Assembly (NCBI GenBank): GCA_002440965.1
Contig: DJWJ01000019.1
Location: 8,119-72,118, forward strand
Direction: 5' to 3'
Length of the DNA: 64,000 nucleotides
Source: Candidatus Omnitrophica bacterium UBA6233
Lineage (GTDB): Bacteria; Omnitrophota; Gorgyraeia; Gygaellales; Profunditerraquicolaceae
Positions 38,789-47,837 of the stretch are shown piece after piece. The position numbers were made by a program, and so were the translations under genes. Each line of letters begins with the position of its first letter. Position 1 is the first letter of the stretch. The notes under the pieces are model-generated. The model worked only from the letters and a program-made list of their open reading frames with translations, had not been told where the DNA came from and made no database searches.

Positions 38789-39014
38789 GCTTTACTTTTC
38801 TCCATCTGGTGCCTTTGCCTTTCAGGTATTGTCTTTCGCCCTCGGCAACAATCTTTTGCTCTGCCGAAGTAAGAGAGCCCTCTATCTGCTCAACAATCAA
38901 TTCCCGGACAAATGAGGACATTGACATATACCTCTTTTTGCAGATCTTAACTGTTTCGTTATAAAGCGAGGATGGCATTCTTATCAAAAGCTCTTTATTC
39001 ATAGTTACAGACAT
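38781..39014 (-). CDS. Ribbon-helix-helix (CopG-like) antitoxin
   Basis: Start at Met32 of track ORF (MSVTMNKELLIRMPSSLYNETVKI...), ATG 39012-39014 preceded by GGAGGTGA RBS. Confidence 0.5.
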   Translation of the reverse strand: MSVTMNKELLIRMPSSLYNETVKICKKRYMSMSSFVRELIVEQIEGSLTSAEQKIVAEGERQYLKGKGTRWRKVKRG

Positions 39015-39033
39015 TTTTATCACCTCCGAAGAA

Positions 39034-39062
39034 AGTATATCATAGTGATATACTTTTGTCAA
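39034..39062 (-). promoter_or_regulatory. Consensus sigma70 promoter with GTATATCACTATGATATAC palindromic operator for RelE/RHH operon
   Basis: Minus strand TTGACA-17 nt-TATACT; perfect 8/8 palindrome arms spanning spacer and -10. Confidence 0.6.
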
Positions 39063-39154
39063 GCGGCATCCGTTACCCTCTCCATAGTCCGTATACAAGG
39101 TGCCCAACGGCCAGACGAAGAGCCCAAGCTGCGCGGCAATCCGTTAGCTTTTAA

Positions 39155-39200
39155 TGGTTCCTCTAATCCCCTCTTCCAGCGTAAACGGCGGCTTCCAGCC
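39155..39200. repeat. Copy D (degenerate) of recurring motif (TAATCCCCTCTTCCAGCGTAAACGGCGGCTTCCAGCCAAG)
   Basis: Shares TAATCCCCTCTT-CAG and AGCCAAG blocks with copy C. Confidence 0.5.
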
Positions 39201-39286
39201 AAGCAAATTCCTGATTTTTTTGCTATCAACGACAGAATTCCTGTCCCACGAGAATCCACATGTTATGATGTACCTCTCTCCTAATG

Positions 39287-40438
39287 CTACTCATGACTCA
39301 CCCGCTGCTGGAGCAAACTCTTTGCCGCACTAATGACAGAACTAACCTCTATAGCCATCATGCAAAGGCTTACGAACTCATTTCCGAGTGGCGACAAATA
39401 AGGACAATCAGGTACTATTGCTCTTTCAATATCTATACAAGGGCTACAAGATGCTCCTTTATAGAGTACGACCGCACTCTTGGAAAACGGCCGATACCGA
39501 TTGGGAGAGTTTGGGCCAAAAAGCCCAATTACCCCTGCCCCTTGGGCGGCTGCCAAATGCATTGGCCCTGTATCATTGGCCACCACTAGCTTAACAACCG
39601 AAAACAATGAAATTAGCTGCCTGATATTTGTCTTCCCCGCTAGGTTGTTTACTTTTAACCGATATCTTGGCTCGACACTATTGACCAGATCATCGCAAAG
39701 TTTAACTTCGGCCTTACTTCCAGTTATACTAACGTTTAGCCCTTGCTCATCAATAATCCACTTAGCCAATTTAGCAAAGCAACTGACAGGCCATCTTCGG
39801 CCCAACCCGGTGTTACCCGACCCAGGATGCAAAACTACCTGAACATTTAACGACCTTGCCCATTCAACATTTTCAGCATCACATGGCAATGATACTAATC
39901 CATCTAGATCCTGCTCTATTCCACAAGGTTTAAGCAATTGAACGAAATTAAGTGCCGCATGTATGGAAGAATTGAATAAAACTGAAGTTGTTGAACCTAT
40001 ATGTTTACACTGTCGGTCTGAATGAAACGCGACGCGATGGGGCGCATTTGTCGCTCGCGCGCATAATGCTGAAATCCTGGCAAACTGTTCAAAATCAACA
40101 CACATTTCATAGCGAGACCTCCACAGCATCGCAACTAGAGAGCAAAAACGCCAGATTTCACTTTCTTTAAAAAGAATTACATTATCAACCCACGAAGCAG
40201 AAGCTGCGATTTCATATCCTTCCCCCGTTGTAAGAAAATCAATCTGATAGTCTGGGAATTTTTCCTTGAACAACTTAACTCCCGACATGATTAGGACAAC
40301 ATCACCCATACCATACAATTTAATAAACAAAACCCTTCGGCTGTGGATCTTTCGTGGTGGCATAAACCGCAGGACGCTGCATATCAGAAAAAGCAACGGC
40401 ACTCCCACCCAGTAATCCAGTAACTTACGTAATTTCAT
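39287..40438 (-). CDS. Glycosyltransferase family 9 (heptosyltransferase-like)
   Basis: 383 aa; NDTGPMHLAAAQGAGVIGLFGPN motif. Confidence 0.65.
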   Translation of the reverse strand: MKLRKLLDYWVGVPLLFLICSVLRFMPPRKIHSRRVLFIKLYGMGDVVLIMSGVKLFKEKFPDYQIDFLTTGEGYEIAASASWVDNVILFKESEIWRFCSLVAMLWRSRYEMCVDFEQFARISALCARATNAPHRVAFHSDRQCKHIGSTTSVLFNSSIHAALNFVQLLKPCGIEQDLDGLVSLPCDAENVEWARSLNVQVVLHPGSGNTGLGRRWPVSCFAKLAKWIIDEQGLNVSITGSKAEVKLCDDLVNSVEPRYRLKVNNLAGKTNIRQLISLFSVVKLVVANDTGPMHLAAAQGAGVIGLFGPNSPNRYRPFSKSAVVLYKGASCSPCIDIERAIVPDCPYLSPLGNEFVSLCMMAIEVSSVISAAKSLLQQRVSHE

Positions 40439-40503
40439 TTGATTGCGACATTAAGTATCTTACTAAAAGCATTTTTAATTAAAGCCTTGCCCACCCGTTC
40501 TTC

Positions 40504-41265
40504 TCAATTTTCTGAGTGTCCAGTAAAATAGTTCGTTTCAAGCGAAGCATATTTAGACCACTCTAAAAATTCAGTTTTATATTCGTTAACTTTTCGAATA
40601 CAATAAAATGATGCGACAGACATGGTTGGAAATAGTTTTGACAACAATCTTGAAATTATTTTAGGGAATGGATAAAATTGTGCGCCATAAAAATGCTCTA
40701 ATTTACAGAAACCCACTCCTATATTTCTATAAAATAGGACAACGTCTCTTTTAGAAAATACACGGACATGTGCTGACATTAGTTGATTGCACGTTGGATG
40801 ATACCCTAGCATCATAAGAATACGGTTATGTAAGGACAAAATATTAGGAACACCCATAAAAAAAATCCCGTTTTTTTTCAAACACCTAAACACCTCATGG
40901 TTTATCCAGAATATTTCTTTTGTATGTTCCAAGAATTGATTAGATATTATAAAATCAACAGATTCATCTTCAAATGGTAATTTATCATTTTCAATATTTA
41001 TTACAATCGGTTTGATACCAAGTGATCTCAATTTATCCGCATTCCATGAACCAAAATCTACTCCGTAAAGTTCAGCGCCGGGGTAATATTGTTTTACAAT
41101 AGACAAATCGTATCCGAGACCACATCCAATATCTATGACCTTCCCCAGCTTAGAAACGTTAATCTTCTTAACAATGTTTTCAAGAATGTGTCTACCACTT
41201 GTCTCTGTATGGTCCACGACTTTTAATCTACTTGTAGAACCTGGGATAACATTTTTAAAGAACAT
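40504..41265 (-). CDS. Class I SAM-dependent methyltransferase (type 11)
   Basis: 253 aa; VIDIGCGLGYDL motif I, FDFIISNQFLEH motif. Confidence 0.6.
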   Translation of the reverse strand: MFFKNVIPGSTSRLKVVDHTETSGRHILENIVKKINVSKLGKVIDIGCGLGYDLSIVKQYYPGAELYGVDFGSWNADKLRSLGIKPIVINIENDKLPFEDESVDFIISNQFLEHTKEIFWINHEVFRCLKKNGIFFMGVPNILSLHNRILMMLGYHPTCNQLMSAHVRVFSKRDVVLFYRNIGVGFCKLEHFYGAQFYPFPKIISRLLSKLFPTMSVASFYCIRKVNEYKTEFLEWSKYASLETNYFTGHSEN

Positions 41266-41295
41266 ATTTCTTTATCTCCTTAATGTTTATTGATA

Positions 41296-42480
41296 TCATT
41301 CTCGTATCGCCTTTAAATAGATATCTTCGATTTGTGTTGTTGTTACCTTATTACAAAAAAGAGATTTAATTCTATCGGATGCCGCAATCCCCATTTCTTT
41401 TCGAAGATTCTCATCAAAAAGAACCTTTATTGCACGAGACAAAGCTTGAATATCTCCCAATGGGACCAATATTCCCGTTTTGTTTTCTACAATCATCTCC
41501 GGAATTCCTCCGACCTTTGTGGCAATTACTGGAATCTGCATTGCTCCAGCTTCGAGCACTACCCGTGACGACGCCTCCGTGTGCGATGGTGCAACTAGGA
41601 TATCCATACATTTCATAACGGCAGGAACGCTCTTCACAAAACCCGTAAAAATAACTTCGCTGGCAATTCCTAACTCAAAAGCCAAATCCTTTAGAGAATT
41701 AAGCTCCGGACCGTCACCTACAACCAAACAGCAGAAGACAGATACACCTTCCTGCTTCAGTATGGCTAGCGCTTCAAATAACTCCCGATGCCCCTTCAGC
41801 TGAATTAACCGTCCGACGATACCAATAACTAACACGCCATCCTTAATTCCAAATTCTTCACAAAGGCCAGAATCAGGCATGCTACAATTATAATAGCCTA
41901 AATCGATCCCAGTATAAACGGTAATAACCTTCTCATTATTCTTACCAGATTTCCGAAAAAAAGACGCAGCCTTATCCGAAACGGGAAGAACATAATCCAT
42001 AGTATTAAGAATTATTGTTCGCAGAATTCTGCTCGTCGTATTTACCTCAAAATCGTCCATTATCTGGCAAACAGCGGGCCTACGCGTTATTTTTGCGGCA
42101 ATTCCTCCAACAATTCTCATAATGTTGTCACCTGGATGTAACAAATCAATCTGATTAATATTTATATATCGAATTAGTCTTTTCAAGAGCACAACAACAT
42201 GCCAACAATAATAAACCAAATGGTATGGATCATATTTGACAGAATTACGTCCCAGTGAAGCAATTTTTTTAGGAAAAGAGATGACTTCAACGTGAACGCC
42301 ACACGCTCGTGCTTCAGACGTAAAAGCATTCTCTTGAGTGCTCACAATAAACGGAGTAAAAAGATCTTTGTCCAAACCTTTAATCAATGACAGGGTATTA
42401 ACCTGACCCCCTCCGAGCGGCTTTACCCCGTGCTCCAAGAACAGTATGTTGTATTTACGTCTTACGGCTCTTTTATCCAT
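41296..42480 (-). CDS. Glycosyltransferase family 4 (GT-B, group 1)
   Basis: 394 aa; EASSRVVLEAGAMQIPVIATKVGGIPE (E-x7-E region). Confidence 0.7.
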   Translation of the reverse strand: MDKRAVRRKYNILFLEHGVKPLGGGQVNTLSLIKGLDKDLFTPFIVSTQENAFTSEARACGVHVEVISFPKKIASLGRNSVKYDPYHLVYYCWHVVVLLKRLIRYININQIDLLHPGDNIMRIVGGIAAKITRRPAVCQIMDDFEVNTTSRILRTIILNTMDYVLPVSDKAASFFRKSGKNNEKVITVYTGIDLGYYNCSMPDSGLCEEFGIKDGVLVIGIVGRLIQLKGHRELFEALAILKQEGVSVFCCLVVGDGPELNSLKDLAFELGIASEVIFTGFVKSVPAVMKCMDILVAPSHTEASSRVVLEAGAMQIPVIATKVGGIPEMIVENKTGILVPLGDIQALSRAIKVLFDENLRKEMGIAASDRIKSLFCNKVTTTQIEDIYLKAIRE

Positions 42481-42509
42481 CTACTCTCCAGTGATCCAAT
42501 TTTACCAGT

Positions 42510-43733
42510 CTACTGCAAGTAACGATTTATATGCGGAACGTGAAAGTGAAGGTCCTTTAAATAATAAAAGATAAAGAAAAAAGGAATAAAATCAAATCGA
42601 TTAAAAAAAATAAACAAATCACTCGAGGCCCGCAGAATTAGAGCCAACAATAAAAAGAAAAAGACTTTATTTGTCCTATAAAACTTAAAAAGGGCAAAAA
42701 TAATTAGTATCAGAGTCATTAATCCCATAAAGCCAGTTTGTAAATGAAGATTAATAAACGAATTATGATAATTATATTCGTTAATTTCCCCTTCAGGCCA
42801 TAGGTCTTTAACTACATTAACACCGAATATAACCCGTGATGTATCTAAATTATTAAAATAGTTGGTCCACATAGCCCAACGCACAGGATCCTTCTTCACT
42901 TCCTCTCCCACTATAAAACTATCCCTCGCATTCCTAAAAAAAGAATAATCCATAGCAAACTTAGACCAAGCAAAATATGCAATAAACAAACAAATAATTG
43001 CATAATAAATAAATTTTAGTTTAGCTCGAAAACTGATGAATAAAAGCCCAAGAAAAAGCACAAGACTTGAAACGATCCCGGAACGACCGATCCCCCAGAT
43101 TGAAATAACCAAAGTAAGAAATGCCGGCTTCAAATCAATCTTTTTCTTCTCCATACTCAATATAATATATAAGGAGACACAAGCGACCAATATCACCATC
43201 GAGATACCGTTACGGCTGCAATATTTCAAAGCGGCGTATCCTGGAACTCCAGTAAACATTAACATCAGAAAATAGCTCGCGAGGCCATAAAACACAATAT
43301 ATCCACCCCAATTATAGACATACCTCCTAACCAGAATCAGGGCAGCTCCGAAACTAGATGTGATAAAAACGTAAGGTTGAAATGATCTCCAGCCTGTTCG
43401 CCCTACAAAAAGCGATGAAACCAAAAAAGATATAACAAGAAACCCTACAAATATATATATCGAAACATACTCTCTGCGAATCCTGGTGCTTAAAAGTATG
43501 ATAGCGAGCATACCAAGCAACATGTTTACTTTAATTAATACATCAATGTTCCAAATAAAGGAGATTAATGATAAAGCGAGGCATAAAGAATAAAGAATAG
43601 TGAAAAATAATTTTTTTACTTTATAACTTTCTGGCAAAATAGAGTTTGAGAGCTCTGCACAACTCTGTTGATTATAATTTTTAATGTTCATGTATTCATC
43701 TAAGATCGTTGAGCAACCAGCGTCCAATGCCAA
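42510..43733 (-). CDS. Polytopic membrane protein, putative O-unit polymerase (Wzy-like)
   Basis: 407 aa, ~11 hydrophobic helices with one large loop; no soluble catalytic domain. Confidence 0.3.
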   Translation of the reverse strand: MALDAGCSTILDEYMNIKNYNQQSCAELSNSILPESYKVKKLFFTILYSLCLALSLISFIWNIDVLIKVNMLLGMLAIILLSTRIRREYVSIYIFVGFLVISFLVSSLFVGRTGWRSFQPYVFITSSFGAALILVRRYVYNWGGYIVFYGLASYFLMLMFTGVPGYAALKYCSRNGISMVILVACVSLYIILSMEKKKIDLKPAFLTLVISIWGIGRSGIVSSLVLFLGLLFISFRAKLKFIYYAIICLFIAYFAWSKFAMDYSFFRNARDSFIVGEEVKKDPVRWAMWTNYFNNLDTSRVIFGVNVVKDLWPEGEINEYNYHNSFINLHLQTGFMGLMTLILIIFALFKFYRTNKVFFFLLLALILRASSDLFIFFNRFDFIPFFFIFYYLKDLHFHVPHINRYLQ

Positions 43734-44671
43734 CAGAATTTGCGTAATAAAGGGACTCGTGACAGAAAATCATCAAATGCAACAAGCGCCCGCTGCAGAG
43801 TAATCGGAAGGTCAATCATCCGTTCTGCCGGACGCTTTGAATTTATATATAGTACGACATAATGAACAAAACCGCCGAGATACCAGATGCGCTGTAAACT
43901 CACCTTTTTCAGCCCCTCCGCCCTAAGGAAATGCTCAAAATCTGCTTCGGCAAACCCTTTAGTTTCCATATCCCCAATTGAAGTTTCTCCTGGATTAATA
44001 TTCCGGTTCGGGTGCAGCATTCTGCTAAGAAACCTCATCACTGGCATAACCGTATAATAAGGCCACCGGTTAGGCTCAAAACCAATTACTAGTTGACCAC
44101 CCGGCTTAAGAGCACGGTTGGCTGCTGCGAAAAAACTTCCAGGAGATGGTAAATGGTGAAGCGCTGCTACAATCAATACTGCATCCAAGCTATTATCCGG
44201 ACATGGCAATTGCTCGGCATCACAAACAACAAATACTGTGTGAGCGTTCTGTCCATTATCGAATGCACGCCTGCGTGCTCTCTTTACCATACCGACAGCA
44301 ACATCACTCTCAATTACTGTAATCCCCATATTTTTTAGCCGGCAAGCTTCTAAACCGCCGCCTCCACCGACCACAAGAACAACAGCCCCCTCTTGATAAT
44401 TACCGAAACAAACCAAGTAGTCATCATGATAACGAGACACGCGGTATGAGAACCTATGGGCGCGCTCTGCAAAGTAATCTGCATTATTTGAGTGAAATTT
44501 AGCTTCAAGAATTTTAAACTCCTCCAATTGCGGAGGCAACAGGATAGGAATGCCATCGTCCACAGGATAGGTCGCTTTGCAAGATAAACATTCCATCTGA
44601 TTAACGCCGACTCTCTTCAAGCTCCCCTTACATAATGGACATGCCAAAAATGGCATCAGATCATCCGACAT
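43700..44671 (-). CDS. SAM-dependent methyltransferase with N-terminal Trm112-like zinc ribbon
   Basis: 323 aa; CPLCKG...CLSCKATYPVDDGIPILL then VVLVVGGGGGLE and LKPGGQLVIGF. Confidence 0.55.
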   Translation of the reverse strand: MSDDLMPFLACPLCKGSLKRVGVNQMECLSCKATYPVDDGIPILLPPQLEEFKILEAKFHSNNADYFAERAHRFSYRVSRYHDDYLVCFGNYQEGAVVLVVGGGGGLEACRLKNMGITVIESDVAVGMVKRARRRAFDNGQNAHTVFVVCDAEQLPCPDNSLDAVLIVAALHHLPSPGSFFAAANRALKPGGQLVIGFEPNRWPYYTVMPVMRFLSRMLHPNRNINPGETSIGDMETKGFAEADFEHFLRAEGLKKVSLQRIWYLGGFVHYVVLYINSKRPAERMIDLPITLQRALVAFDDFLSRVPLLRKFCWHWTLVAQRS

Positions 44672-44689
44672 AAAAGATCCCCCCTCATT

Positions 44690-45736
44690 CTAAACTTCAG
44701 TGACCAGCCTTTTCCTCGTGATAGCTTGCAATTTTCTTATAGCCCATATAGCCGAAGTTATAATTTGTAAATTAATTAAAGCCATTTTTTTAGTTTTTCG
44801 ATTCTTTATTAAATAACCTAACCATATAAAAGGACTATATAAAATTCGTAAAGGGAAACATAAGAGAATCATCAGCACATAAGATAAAGCTGCCTGACTG
44901 CCTCCACCATACTCTAGAAAATAAAGATAATCCCCTTCACAATATAACTTTGCTGTATCTACTATCCATTTCGGTTCTGCTTTTGAACGACTTATTCCTA
45001 CAAAATGTACTATTTCAACATCTGCCAAATAATAAATTCTAAATCCAGCCTTCCTTATTCTACAACAATATTCTACATCCTCATAAAACATCGGTAATTT
45101 TTCATCTAATCCACCCAGCTTTCTGTAAATAGATCCCGGAAACATCATATAGCCACCGTGAAGCAAATCTACGTCGCAGCTATTATTATGATCCCAATAT
45201 CCCATTTCTGATGGTTTAAGAAACTTCCATTTCGGAAATATTGTATCAATAAAGAAGATTTGCCAAAACTTGCTCCAAATCGACGGAAACGATCTAGCGC
45301 ATGAAAATAAAATTTCACCGTTGCCCTTGAGTGTTTTAACGCCAATGCACCCAATAGAATCTTCATTTTTTAAAACATGCAGGGATTGCTGAAGAGCGTT
45401 ATTCTTGATTAAAGTGTCCGGATTAAGCATCAGAAAATACTTTCCTCGAGCAATAGTGAAAGCCTGATTATTTGCGGCAGGAAAACCGACATTTTTTTTA
45501 TTTTTAATTAGGATTACCTCTGGAAAACTCGCAGCAATATTTATTACAGAATTATCAGATGAACAATTATCCACAACGATTATTTCATATCTTAATCCAT
45601 CGGCATTTTCCTTTATAGACATAATACACTTTTGCAAATAACCCCATGAATTCCAATTTACAATAATAATAGATAAATCAATTAGTTCATTATTCGATTT
45701 TGAGTAAAATACGCTCATTAAAATTCCTGGCTCCAA
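44690..45736 (-). CDS. Family 2 glycosyltransferase
   Basis: 348 aa; LSIIIVNWNS...IIVVDNCSSDNS...LNPDT motifs. Confidence 0.65.
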   Translation of the reverse strand: MEPGILMSVFYSKSNNELIDLSIIIVNWNSWGYLQKCIMSIKENADGLRYEIIVVDNCSSDNSVINIAASFPEVILIKNKKNVGFPAANNQAFTIARGKYFLMLNPDTLIKNNALQQSLHVLKNEDSIGCIGVKTLKGNGEILFSCARSFPSIWSKFWQIFFIDTIFPKWKFLKPSEMGYWDHNNSCDVDLLHGGYMMFPGSIYRKLGGLDEKLPMFYEDVEYCCRIRKAGFRIYYLADVEIVHFVGISRSKAEPKWIVDTAKLYCEGDYLYFLEYGGGSQAALSYVLMILLCFPLRILYSPFIWLGYLIKNRKTKKMALINLQIITSAIWAIRKLQAITRKRLVTEV

Positions 45737-45799
45737 TACATATTTTTAGATTGCCCTATTTCCTGTCTACAATTTCCAGCGACCGGCCGATAGAAAAGT

Positions 45800-46756
45800 T
45801 TAATTAATTCTGATTCTACCTCTCCACCACTCTAAAAGATCTATCAAAGAATTTTCTATCGTATATTGAGGTATCCAGCCCAAACTGCTTAGTTTTATAT
45901 TATCTCCAACGAAGTCAGGAACATCAGACGGCCTGAGCTTATTTTTATCTATTTCTAGCAGAATATCTTTCCCAGAAAATGTGATTAGTTTATTCAATAT
46001 TTCTTGAATTTTAATAGACTTCCCCGTGCATACATTATAGACTTCACCAGCCTTGCCACTATTGATGATTCTCCAATAAGCGCTAACTACATCCCTTATA
46101 TCTGTAAAATCTCTCTTCGCCTCAAGATTCCCGACTTTTATACACGTTTTCTTACCGGTTTCAACATCAACGATTTGCTTTACAATATCTGAACATACAA
46201 AGCCTAAAGGCTGTCTCGGTCCAGTATAATGAAATGTCCTCGTAAAATAAATATTTAATCCAAAGTTTTTAAGATAATAAAATCCAATTTCTTCTTGTAC
46301 TTTCTTGCTAATTGCATAAGGATTAATAGAATTCAAGGGATAGGTTTCTTTTATGGGCATCTTATCTTCTGGAACTTTTCCATACTCTTCAGCTGATCCC
46401 GGAATAAGAATCTTGGCTTGCGGTACAATTTTCCTTATACCCTCCATCAAGTTTGTTGTCCCAATTATATTTGTTTGGAAGGTTGGAATTGGATTATTTA
46501 AAGAATCGAAAACTGAAACATATGATGCAAAATGAAAGATGACATCAGGTTGAGTCGTACTTAATGCTCTTTCGATTGAGTAAACATCATTGATATCGCA
46601 TTCAAAAAGAGTTGCTTCACTAAAATTATCCGTGATGTTTCTGTTTCCCGTAGAATGCCTGAATGTTCCATACAAATTATTATCATCTATATGTTTCAAA
46701 AAATGGTACATGGAAGTCCCCGCAAACCCTGTGATACCCAAAACTAGTATTTTCAT
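45800..46756 (-). CDS. NAD-dependent epimerase/dehydratase-family protein (NDP-4-keto-6-deoxyhexose reductase-like)
   Basis: 318 aa; ILVLGITGFAGTSM Rossmann, YAISK catalytic dyad. Confidence 0.55.
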   Translation of the reverse strand: MKILVLGITGFAGTSMYHFLKHIDDNNLYGTFRHSTGNRNITDNFSEATLFECDINDVYSIERALSTTQPDVIFHFASYVSVFDSLNNPIPTFQTNIIGTTNLMEGIRKIVPQAKILIPGSAEEYGKVPEDKMPIKETYPLNSINPYAISKKVQEEIGFYYLKNFGLNIYFTRTFHYTGPRQPLGFVCSDIVKQIVDVETGKKTCIKVGNLEAKRDFTDIRDVVSAYWRIINSGKAGEVYNVCTGKSIKIQEILNKLITFSGKDILLEIDKNKLRPSDVPDFVGDNIKLSSLGWIPQYTIENSLIDLLEWWRGRIRIN

Positions 46757-46769
46757 ACAGCCTCCCGCT

Positions 46770-47837
46770 CTAACGTCTGATTTTCAGGCTAATATATTTT
46801 ACCATTATTGATGTAACATAACGCTTATAATAATAAGTACTGTTCTCTAAATCTACGAGGTAAATTTCTGCATTGGTATAATAAAAACGAAAAATCGTAA
46901 AATACGCATATAATCCGAGATTAAGAAAAACTCCGGGCAATTGCGCTATGAGCCGTGTAAAAAAACGATCTATAGTGGAATCCAACCGTTTCATAAGAAA
47001 TTCTTTATATTCTCTCAACGTATATGCGCCTCTTGCCCGATAAATCAGCAATGTCTTAAAGCGACGCCAGGGTTCACGCGGACAAACCCGATGCCTGGCA
47101 GATTCCGAAAAGTCAGAAAATGACCATATTAAATTTGGCCAAATAAGTAGAGAGACCTCAAAACATTTATTCGTCCACAAAGAATTCCCATATCTAATCG
47201 AGATCATCGGATTTGCGAGAACTACAATCTTTCCAGCAATAGGGCTCTGAAAAATAACAGCAACGTGAACAAAGAGAGTCCCAAAATATGTTTTTTTCTC
47301 TCTCGCATTCCATAGCGATCGCTTGAATACAATACAACCAATGAACGAAAGATAGCTAGCAACATCAATAAATAACTGCTCTGAATCTTCTCTCTGATAT
47401 ATTCGGTTATCTACAAAATTAAGGTAGCGTTTTTTTAGCACCTTAGAAAGATTGACATTCTTTATTTCAGCATTTACAAGAATCAACTCATAGTTGTGCT
47501 GAAACTCATCTAAAACAGCCTTAATCGCACCTGGCTTTAAAATATCATCATCAGAAAACAACCAACAATACTTACCTTCAGCTAATTCAACAGCACGACA
47601 GCAATCCTGATCAAACCCTCCCTTAGCAGCAAGGCGAATATAGCGAATAAGCGGAAATTTTTGTTGATAATTCTTTACAATTTCTCCCGTATTGTCAGTT
47701 GAGGCTCCATCCACAATAATAATTTCAACTTCATTTGTCGCTTGTGAAACAATACTATCTAATGCTTCCCCAATCAACATTGCACGATTAAATGTGGCGA
47801 TACAAATTGATAAAACAATATTATTACTCATATTCAC
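46770..47837 (-). CDS. Family 2 glycosyltransferase
   Basis: 355 aa; LSICIATFNR...IIIVDGASTDNT. Confidence 0.6.
   Translation of the reverse strand: MNMSNNIVLSICIATFNRAMLIGEALDSIVSQATNEVEIIIVDGASTDNTGEIVKNYQQKFPLIRYIRLAAKGGFDQDCCRAVELAEGKYCWLFSDDDILKPGAIKAVLDEFQHNYELILVNAEIKNVNLSKVLKKRYLNFVDNRIYQREDSEQLFIDVASYLSFIGCIVFKRSLWNAREKKTYFGTLFVHVAVIFQSPIAGKIVVLANPMISIRYGNSLWTNKCFEVSLLIWPNLIWSFSDFSESARHRVCPREPWRRFKTLLIYRARGAYTLREYKEFLMKRLDSTIDRFFTRLIAQLPGVFLNLGLYAYFTIFRFYYTNAEIYLVDLENSTYYYKRYVTSIMVKYISLKIRR

Noticed and set aside
39059-39259. 66-aa minus-strand ORF upstream of the RelE/RHH operon
   Set aside because: It covers the promoter/operator and motif copy D. It is Arg/Gly/Ser-rich with no RBS, and is more likely regulatory DNA than coding.
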